A stretch of 64,000 bases of DNA from Escherichia coli. Its GTDB lineage: Bacteria; Pseudomonadota; Gammaproteobacteria; Enterobacterales; Enterobacteriaceae. This document shows positions 55,332-64,000 of this stretch, one piece after another. Under the pieces are notes generated by a model. The model saw only the letters and a program-made list of their open reading frames with translations, did no database searches and had not been told where the DNA came from. Each line of letters starts with the position of its first letter. The first letter of the stretch is position 1. Location: assembly GCF_013122565.1 (NCBI RefSeq), contig NZ_CP053258.1; one strand, given 5' to 3'. The position numbers were made by a program, and so were the translations under genes.

Positions 55332-55645
55332 GAATTAAAACCGTGAGGAAGTTCAAATTTCATGCGCATCATGCCACCGCCAAAAACATTGTCAATGGGT
55401 GAAAATACGCGCATATCGCAGCGGCGGTATTATCGATTTATATTACTCATTCATAACGCTAATGCTGAAGAGATGATTAGTCTCATCTGATTGTTTTTAT
55501 TGATCTAACACAAATTTCATACGCTTCGTTCAGTCGAAAAATTTCATGGTCACAGCAAACTCATATTTCCCGTCTATGCTTTCAGAGCAATGCATCGCGT
55601 CTGACCGATTTCAGACGTACCACTGACTCTCGAAAGGAGAAGAGG

Positions 55646-56272
55646 ATGACCAAACCGTATGTTCGTCTTGATAAAAATGATGCTGCCGTTTTGCTTGTTG
55701 ATCACCAGGCTGGTTTACTTTCCCTTGTACGGGATATCGAACCCGATAAGTTTAAAAATAACGTGCTGGCGCTGGGTGACCTGGCTAAGTATTTCAACTT
55801 ACCAACTATTCTTACCACCAGTTTTGAAACCGGTCCTAACGGCCCATTAGTTCCAGAACTGAAAGCACAATTCCCCGATGCACCTTACATTGCTCGCCCG
55901 GGCAATATTAACGCCTGGGATAACGAAGATTTTGTAAAAGCAGTCAAAGCGACAGGTAAAAAACAGTTAATTATTGCCGGTGTGGTAACCGAAGTTTGCG
56001 TGGCATTCCCGGCGCTTTCAGCCATTGAAGAGGGGTTTGATGTGTTTGTCGTGACTGACGCATCAGGGACCTTTAATGAAATTACCCGGCATTCGGCGTG
56101 GGATCGCATGTCGCAAGCTGGTGCGCAATTGATGACATGGTTCGGCGTGGCTTGCGAGCTGCACCGTGACTGGCGTAATGATATTGAAGGACTGGCGACG
56201 TTGTTCTCTAACCACATTCCTGATTATCGTAATTTGATGACCAGTTATGACACGTTAACGAAGCAGAAATAA
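55646..56272 (+). CDS. ycaC: Isochorismatase-family hydrolase YcaC
   Basis: 208-aa ORF MTKPYVRLDKNDAAVLLVDHQAGLL…; catalytic Cys context VVTEVCVAFPA. Confidence 0.9.
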   Translation: MTKPYVRLDKNDAAVLLVDHQAGLLSLVRDIEPDKFKNNVLALGDLAKYFNLPTILTTSFETGPNGPLVPELKAQFPDAPYIARPGNINAWDNEDFVKAVKATGKKQLIIAGVVTEVCVAFPALSAIEEGFDVFVVTDASGTFNEITRHSAWDRMSQAGAQLMTWFGVACELHRDWRNDIEGLATLFSNHIPDYRNLMTSYDTLTKQK

Positions 56273-56299
56273 AAGAGAACCGGGGCCGAAACCCCGGTT
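56268..56299 (-). terminator. Rho-independent terminator after dmsC (in convergent gap with ycaC)
   Basis: AACCGGGG-ccgaaa-CCCCGGTT hairpin; U-rich tract follows on dmsC strand. Confidence 0.55.
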
Positions 56300-56307
56300 G
56301 TTACTGA

Positions 56308-57171
56308 TTAGCTTGCGACGGCCATCCCCACGGTCATATGCAAACCATAGAATACGCCGCGACCGATTAATTCCCCTGCCAGAAGCAGAATGAATGAGAC
56401 AGATAGTAGCGGAACCGCAGGCTGATAACCTTTTAGCTGTGGTGCAATCCACAAGCACAGGGCAACAGCCAAAAGCACGATCCGCCAGGACATCAGCGCA
56501 CCATAGTCCGGCACCAGCGCTGCGGCCTGCTGCACAGAACTATGAATAGTCGCCAGCTCAGCGCCCTGCATCACTGACATCACTCCACTCACTACTAGTG
56601 CAAGTACAGAAATGGCTGGCAGCAGACGCATCGCCCAGCCATCGACGCCAGACAGACTCAGCAACAGGTAACCCAGTAACGGGCCGCCCATAAACATTGT
56701 CAGGAAGAAGCCCATCGGCGTCCAGATGCTGTACCAGGTCGGAACGGTATCAATGCTGTTATACACACGCACCATCATCCAGACAAAGATGACGCCAAGA
56801 ACCATCGTCACTACCAGCCACAGCGTACGCAATGCCGGTGACAGCTTTTTCAGCATTGCCAGCAACCAGCCGATGCCGCCTACGGCAAAAAAGATCGAAC
56901 CGCTGGCGATTTCGTTACTGAGTGCTGAAGCCCCTACCCGGTTGAGCGAGTTAAAAGCGCGCATCGGTGAACCAAGATGGAGCATAGAGGCGATAAAGCC
57001 AATGCCCATCAGCACCCATAAGCCAAACATGCAGGCGATAACACGCTGCTGGGCTTCTGCTCGCAGGTCGCCTTTGAGCAGCGCCAAAGCCAGAACGATA
57101 AAACCACCCGCCACACATTGCCCGAAGACCGTGAAGATCATCAGCGGCCATTCATGCCATCCACTTCCCAT
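56308..57171 (-). CDS. dmsC: DMSO reductase membrane anchor subunit DmsC
   Basis: ORF 56308..57234; start at MGSGWHEWPLMIFTVFGQCVAGGF (287 aa). Confidence 0.9.
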   Translation of the reverse strand: MGSGWHEWPLMIFTVFGQCVAGGFIVLALALLKGDLRAEAQQRVIACMFGLWVLMGIGFIASMLHLGSPMRAFNSLNRVGASALSNEIASGSIFFAVGGIGWLLAMLKKLSPALRTLWLVVTMVLGVIFVWMMVRVYNSIDTVPTWYSIWTPMGFFLTMFMGGPLLGYLLLSLSGVDGWAMRLLPAISVLALVVSGVMSVMQGAELATIHSSVQQAAALVPDYGALMSWRIVLLAVALCLWIAPQLKGYQPAVPLLSVSFILLLAGELIGRGVFYGLHMTVGMAVAS

Positions 57172-57172
57172 C

Positions 57173-57790
57173 TCACACCTCCTTCGGGTTTGCCAGATAG
57201 CCAGTGGTATCCCCGGTCGGGCGGCTATTGGCATTGGGTTTGATCACAATATTCGGTTTGGTAAAGTGAGCTCGCGGCAACGGCGCAACGGCCGCCAGAT
57301 CGCCATGTTTTTTACGCAGCTCGTCGATAGGGCCGAAATCCAGCGCCCGCAGCGGACAAGATTCAACACAGATCGGCTTTTTACCCTCCGCAACACGGTC
57401 ATAACAACCATCGCATTTGGTCATATGGCCTTTCGTTTCGTTATATTGCGGTGCGCCATACGGGCAAGCCATATGGCAGTAGCGGCAGCCAATGCACACA
57501 TCCTCATCGACCACAACAAAACCATCTTCACGTTTATGCATCGCACCGCTCGGGCAGACTTTAGTACAAGCCGGATCTTCGCAGTGGTTGCACGAGATCG
57601 ACAGATAGTAGGCAAACACGTTCTGGTGCCAGACACCGTTATCTTCCTGCCAGTCGCCACCAGCATATTCATAAATGCGGCGGAAGCTGACTTCTGGTGT
57701 CAAATCTTTGTAGTCTTTACAAGCCAGCTCGCAGGTTTTGCAACCGGTGCAACGGCTGGAATCAATAAAAAATCCATACTGGGTTGTCAT
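57173..57790 (-). CDS. dmsB: DMSO reductase iron-sulfur subunit DmsB
   Basis: 205-aa ORF MTTQYGFFIDSSRCTGCKTCELACKDY…; multiple 4Fe-4S Cys clusters. Confidence 0.97.
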   Translation of the reverse strand: MTTQYGFFIDSSRCTGCKTCELACKDYKDLTPEVSFRRIYEYAGGDWQEDNGVWHQNVFAYYLSISCNHCEDPACTKVCPSGAMHKREDGFVVVDEDVCIGCRYCHMACPYGAPQYNETKGHMTKCDGCYDRVAEGKKPICVESCPLRALDFGPIDELRKKHGDLAAVAPLPRAHFTKPNIVIKPNANSRPTGDTTGYLANPKEV

Positions 57791-57800
57791 CGGTTACTCC

Positions 57801-60245
57801 TTACACCTTTTCAACCTGAACAAGGTTTGTATGTGACGGATTCCCCTTAGCGAGAGGAGACGGACGTTGAGTGGTCAGTACGTTAATACAACCACCCTTA
57901 TCGACACGTTTTGCATCCGGGTCATACCAGGCACCTTCACCCAGTGCGACCACACCCGGCATCATTCGTGGCGTCACTTTCGCCTCAATATGAACCTCAC
58001 CACGATCGTTAAAGATCCTGACTTTATCGCCGTTGTGGATACCGCGTTTTTGGGCATCAAGCGGGTTGATCCACATTTCCTGACGGCAAGCCGCTTTCAG
58101 CACATCAACGTTGCCGTAAGTTGAGTGAACGCGAGATTTATAGTGGAAACCTGTAAGCTGCAGCGGATACTGTTTGTTCAGCGGATCCTGATAACTTTCA
58201 AAGCCCGGCGTGTAGATCGGCAGTGGATCGATCACATCGCCTTCTGGCAATTCCCAGGTAGCGGCAATGTCAGCCAGCGCCTGCGAATAAATCTCAATTT
58301 TGCCCGATGGCGTAGTCAGTGGGTTTGCCTGCGGATCTTCACGGAAGGCTTTATAAGCAACGTGATGCCCTTGTGGGTCGCGCTTTTTAAAGATCCCCTG
58401 CTTGCGGAACTCTTCAAACGTTGGCAGTTCAGGAATCGCTTCCCGCGACTGGGCATACAGATGCCGCATCCACTCTTCCTGGGTACGGCCTTCAGTAAAC
58501 TGTTGCTCAACGCCAAGACGTTTTGCCAGTTCGCTGGTCATTTCATAGATGGTCTTACATTCAAAGCGCGGTTTAATCACCTGATCGTTGAAAATCACGT
58601 AAGACATATTCCCGCAGGATGCATCCAGTGCAAAGTCCATCTGTTCGGAAGCGGTGCAGTCAGGCAGCAGGATGTCAGCATATTTCGCCGATGAGGTCAT
58701 GTGGCAGTCGATAACCACAATCAGCTCGCACTTCTTATCATCCTGGAGGATTTCATGGGTACGGTTGATTTCAGAATGCTGGTTAATCAGGCAGTTACCG
58801 GCATAGTTCCAGATCATTTTGATCGGCACATCCAGCTTATCTTTCCCGCGCACACCATCACGCAGCGCCGTCATTTCCGGGCCACGTTCAATGGCATCGG
58901 TCCACATAAACATAGAAATGCTGGTCTGGATCGGGTTTTCCAAGGTCGGCATACGGACAAACGGTAAGCTGTATGAACCTTCACGCGCGCCGCTGTTCCC
59001 TCCATTAATACCAACGTTACCGGTCAGAATCGCCAGCATCGAGATAGCACGGGTTGCGATTTCACCGTTAGCGTGACGCTGCGGGCCCCATCCCTGGCTG
59101 ATAAACGCCGGTTTGGTACTGCCGATTTCACGAGCCAGTTTGATGATTTTGTCTGCCGGAACACCGGTGATTTGCGAGGCCCATTCCGGTGTTTTAGCCA
59201 CGCCATCTGGCCCTTCACCCAGAATATAAGCTTTATAGTGGCCATTTTTCGGCGCACTGGCTGGCAGGGTTTTCTCATCGTAGCCAACGCAATATTTATC
59301 GAGGAATGCCTGATCCACCAGGTTTTCGGTGATCATGACATACGCCAGACCGTTAACCAGTGCGGCATCTGTTCCCGGACGAATAGGGATCCACTCATCT
59401 TCGCGCCCGGCACCGGTGTCGGTATAGCGCGGATCGATGATGATCATGCGGGCATTAGATTTCTGGCGTGCCTGTTCAAGATAGTAAGTCACCCCACCGC
59501 CACTCATTCGCGTTTCGCCAGGGTTATTACCAAACAGCACTACCAGTTTACTGTTTTCGATATCCGACGGGCTGTTACCATCTGCCCAGCCGCCGTAGGT
59601 ATAGTTCAAACCTTCCGCAATTTGCGCGGAAGAGTAGTCACCGTAATGGTTCAGATAACCGCCGCAGCAGTTCATCAGGCGCGCAACCAGGGTATTTCCC
59701 GGGGGCCAGGAGCGGGTCATGGTGCCGCCCAGCGTACCGGTGCCATAGTTCAGATAGATGGATTCGTTGCCGTACTCTTTGATCAGGCGCTGCATATTGG
59801 TCGCGATGATGTCGTAGGCTTCTTCCCAGCTAATGCGCTCGAATTTGCCTTCACCGCGCGCCCCGACTCGTTTCATCGGATATTTCAGGCGGTCCGGATT
59901 ATAGACACGGCGACGCATGGAACGCCCACGCAAACAGGCGCGAACCTGGTGCAGGCCGTCGTAATTGTCATCGCCGGTATTGTCCGTTTCGACATATTTG
60001 ATTTCACCGTCCACGACGTGCATACGTAGCGGGCAGCGACTACCACAGTTAACTGTACAGGCGCTCCAGATAACCTTTTCGTCTGATTTTGTTGGAATGG
60101 CGCTATCGACAGCGTGCGCAATCCGACTAAAAGGTAATGTTAATGCGCTGCTGGCCATTGCCAGGCCGCCGATCGCTGTCGTTTTTACCAAACCACGGCG
60201 ACTCACCTCAGCAGCCAATACCGCATCAGGGATTTTCGTTTTCAT
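57801..60245 (-). CDS. dmsA: DMSO reductase catalytic molybdopterin subunit DmsA
   Basis: 814-aa ORF with long Tat signal peptide (…VSRRGLVKTTAIGGLAMASSALTLPFSRIAHA). Confidence 0.97.
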   Translation of the reverse strand: MKTKIPDAVLAAEVSRRGLVKTTAIGGLAMASSALTLPFSRIAHAVDSAIPTKSDEKVIWSACTVNCGSRCPLRMHVVDGEIKYVETDNTGDDNYDGLHQVRACLRGRSMRRRVYNPDRLKYPMKRVGARGEGKFERISWEEAYDIIATNMQRLIKEYGNESIYLNYGTGTLGGTMTRSWPPGNTLVARLMNCCGGYLNHYGDYSSAQIAEGLNYTYGGWADGNSPSDIENSKLVVLFGNNPGETRMSGGGVTYYLEQARQKSNARMIIIDPRYTDTGAGREDEWIPIRPGTDAALVNGLAYVMITENLVDQAFLDKYCVGYDEKTLPASAPKNGHYKAYILGEGPDGVAKTPEWASQITGVPADKIIKLAREIGSTKPAFISQGWGPQRHANGEIATRAISMLAILTGNVGINGGNSGAREGSYSLPFVRMPTLENPIQTSISMFMWTDAIERGPEMTALRDGVRGKDKLDVPIKMIWNYAGNCLINQHSEINRTHEILQDDKKCELIVVIDCHMTSSAKYADILLPDCTASEQMDFALDASCGNMSYVIFNDQVIKPRFECKTIYEMTSELAKRLGVEQQFTEGRTQEEWMRHLYAQSREAIPELPTFEEFRKQGIFKKRDPQGHHVAYKAFREDPQANPLTTPSGKIEIYSQALADIAATWELPEGDVIDPLPIYTPGFESYQDPLNKQYPLQLTGFHYKSRVHSTYGNVDVLKAACRQEMWINPLDAQKRGIHNGDKVRIFNDRGEVHIEAKVTPRMMPGVVALGEGAWYDPDAKRVDKGGCINVLTTQRPSPLAKGNPSHTNLVQVEKV

Positions 60246-60415
60246 AATGGCTCACTCAAGCTTGCTCACGATTGATTCCAGTAACAAACCGTATTGTGTA
60301 ATTATTTCTATAGCAGTTCGCTATATAGGCTTGTATACATCGAATGATTTGAAAATCAAAGAGATAGGTAGATTTTCACTCGAAAGTAGTATTACGTGTA
60401 AGTGAGGAGTAATTA

Positions 60416-60429
60416 TTGTTCGGTATCAA
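60416..60429 (-). promoter_or_regulatory. FNR box of the dmsABC promoter
   Basis: On dmsA strand reads TTGAT-accg-AACAA (TTGAT-N4-ATCAA family), about 175 nt upstream of dmsA ATG. Confidence 0.5.
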
Positions 60430-60430
60430 A

Positions 60431-60462
60431 GGGAGACAAAAAAAGCGCCCGCAGGCGCTTTT
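60431..60462 (-). terminator. Rho-independent terminator after serS
   Basis: AAAGCGCC-cgca-GGCGCTTT hairpin; on serS strand followed by UUUUUUGUCUCC. Confidence 0.65.
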
Positions 60463-60483
60463 TAGATTCAGAAAAATTGGGTA

Positions 60484-61797
<1,314 letters not shown>

Positions 61798-61866
61798 TTA
61801 AATGGGAGATGTGGCCACAGCCTGCGACCACAGGGATACAGTAACAACATTACCGCAACGATAACA

Positions 61867-63210
61867 TTAACGGTAGCGTTTTATGGGGCTATTTTGATCC
61901 TGTTCAGCCAGCCAGGCGAGCTTTTCGCCAATCTTGCCTTCAAGGCCCCTGTTTGTCGGGAAATAATAGCGTGTTTGTGCTATTTCCGGCGGGAAGTAAA
62001 CCTCACCGGCAGCATAAGCGTTTGCTTCATCATGAGCGTAACGATATTCCTGCCCGTAGCCCATTTCCTTCATTAATTTCGTCGGCGCATTACGCAAATG
62101 AACCGGTACGTCATAATCCGGACGTTCGCGAGCATCTGCCAACGCGGCTTTAAACGCAGTGTAGACAGCGTTACTTTTTGGCGCGCAGGCCAGGTAAACA
62201 ATCGCCTGGGCAATGGCGCGTTCACCTTCCGCCGGGCCAACGCGAGTAAAGCAATCCCAGGCCGCAATTGCCACCTGCATCGCTCGTGGATCAGCATTAC
62301 CCACATCTTCAGACGCTATCGCCAAACAGCGACGCGCGACATATAACGGATCGCCACCGGCGGTAATAATTCGCGCATACCAGTATAGCGCCGCATCGGG
62401 TGCGCTACCACGTACCGACTTATGCAGTGCGGAAATGAGATCGTAAAAGCGATCGCCTTTGTTATCAAAGCGGGCGCTTCGCTCACCGGCGATTTCGGTC
62501 AGTAATTCAGGCTTCAGGACCCGCTTACCGCTATCATCGACTTCGGCCATATCCGCCATCATTTCCAGCGTATTTAACGCCCGGCGCGCGTCGCCATTCA
62601 CCAGTTCAGCAATGGCGCGTCGTGTTTCATCTGGCAGAACAATATCCTGACCACCATAGCCACGGGTTTTGTCTTCCATCGCCTGAGTTAGTACTTGCTC
62701 AATATCCTCTGTACTCAGGGATTTCAACAGATAGACACGGGCACGGGAAAGCAGTGCCGAATTAAGCTCAAACGACGGGTTTTCAGTGGTTGCGCCAATA
62801 AAAGTGATGGTGCCGTCTTCAATATGTGGCAGGAATGCATCCTGCTGGCTTTTGTTGAAACGGTGAACTTCGTCAACAAAAAGAATAGTGCGGCGACCTG
62901 CATTGCGGTTTTGCCGGGCGCGCTCGATCGCCTCGCGAATCTCTTTCACGCCAGAGGTGACGGCAGAAATACGTTCCACATCAGCGTTCGCATAGCGGGC
63001 AATCACTTCAGCGAGGGTTGTTTTGCCGGTACCCGGTGGCCCCCAGAGGATCATAGAATGTAAATGCCCGGCTTCGATAGCGCGCGGCAACGGCTTCCCC
63101 GCAGCCAGCAAATGTTGCTGACCGATATACTGTGCTAAATTTTCTGGCCGCATACGCGCGGCCAGAGGTTGAAAAGTATTATCCGAAAAATCGAGCGACA
63201 GATTGCTCAC
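61867..63210 (-). CDS. rarA: Replication-associated recombination protein A (AAA+ ATPase; MgsA/YcaJ)
   Basis: 447-aa ORF; Walker [10 protein letters not shown]. Confidence 0.96.
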
Positions 63211-63220
63211 TCAGGTGCCT

Positions 63221-63832
63221 CTACTTACGTTGATCATCTACCGTGACGCCTTGCGGCGGGGTGAAGGTAAATTTCGCTGCATCCACAGCCCCATTTTGCT
63301 GGGATTTCAGCTGATAACTGCTGCGCTGATCGTCCTGCTCCACCGCGCTAAACTGATGGATTGTGCCATCACGTCCCACGTTAATGGTGAACTGCTTCAG
63401 ATTGCCATTGCTGGCTTTCGGCGTCAGGACAAAATCATCGCCATTCTGTTTGATATTGTACTGCTGCCAGTCGCTGGACTGGTTGCGGGCAATCAGCATA
63501 AACGGCGTATTACCGGTGGCATCTTTCAGCCAGGTTGCCGTAGCTTGCTCAACGAACGGGTTATAGAACCACAGTGTTTTACCGTCAGAAACCAGAATGC
63601 TTTCATCAGGTTGTGTCATATGCCAGTTGAATAAGTTTGGACGTTTCACCCACAGATCGCCCTGACCTTCCTGCACCGCCGCGCCGCTACCGTCAGTCAC
63701 TTTTTGTGTGAAGCTGGCGTGGAAGCTGCTGACTTTATCCAGGCGGCTTTTCAGATCGCTTGCGGCATCAGCCCAAACGCTGCTTGCTACTAAGCTTGAG
63801 AGTAATGCACAGGTGATGGCAATTTTTTTCAT
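63221..63832 (-). CDS. lolA: Periplasmic lipoprotein carrier LolA
   Basis: ORF 63221..63835; start at [21 protein letters not shown] (203 aa). Confidence 0.95.
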
Positions 63833-63944
63833 CATTATTCCTCAAATTACGTCACTCCCGATCGGGAGTTCCCTCTACTCTCTATTCCAGGCTAATAATC
63901 AGCTTGAGGAAAGAAGAAAATACTGAATTTTCAGTTGATAGAGT

Positions 63945-63976
63945 GCCGGATGCGACGCTACCGCGCCTTATCCGGC
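63945..63976. repeat. REP (repetitive extragenic palindromic) element between lolA and ftsK
   Basis: GCCGGATGCGACGCTACCGCGCCTTATCCGGC matches the E. coli REP consensus (GCCGGATG…CGCCTTATCCGGC). Confidence 0.55.
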
Positions 63977-63986
63977 AATGCATTAA

Positions 63987-64000
63987 TTAGTCAAACGGCG
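63987..64000 (-). CDS. ftsK: DNA translocase FtsK, extreme 3' end only (last 4 codons …PFD-stop)
   Basis: Reverse complement of 63987..63998 reads CCG TTT GAC TAA (P F D stop), matching the FtsK C-terminus as I recall it; position fits the known neighbour of lolA. Confidence 0.5.

Noticed and set aside
60372-60386. TGATT-tgaa-AATCA palindrome upstream of dmsA
   Set aside because: The spacing between TGAT and ATCA cores is 6 rather than 4, so it does not fit the FNR/CRP family; the adjacent TTGTT-cggt-ATCAA site fits better.

Overview
This window is a gene-dense stretch (~51 protein-coding genes) of an Escherichia coli K-12-type core chromosome, and I find no support for a novel or inserted system in it. 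Genes were identified by recognising the translated ORFs and their conserved motifs; no database search or computation was run. The window runs in reverse orientation to the conventional map: elfC (3' end off-window), elfD, elfA, ssuEADCB, pepN, pncB, asnS, ompF, aspC, gloC(ycbL)-mepK(ycbK)-ldtD(ycbB), cmoM(smtA)-mukF-mukE-mukB, elyC, ycbJ, kdsB-ycaR, ycaQ, lpxK-msbA, ycaI, ihfB, rpsA, cmk, loiP(ycaL), aroA-serC, ycaP, ycaO, focA-pflB, pflA, ycaK, ycaN, ycaM, ycaD, ycaC, dmsCBA, serS, rarA, lolA and the last codons of ftsK. Gene order and intergenic spacings match the well-studied K-12 layout as I recall it. I saw no rRNA, tRNA, CRISPR array, IS element, integrase or prophage signature. The only accessory-like segment is the AT-rich elf chaperone-usher fimbrial cluster at the left edge. 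The observations most worth a second look are small: degenerate kinase catalytic motifs in YcbJ, an interrupted dyad between ycaK and the LysR-type gene ycaN, a thrice-repeated 9-mer between ycaD and ycaC, and several recognisable operator sites (NadR, OmpR, FNR).
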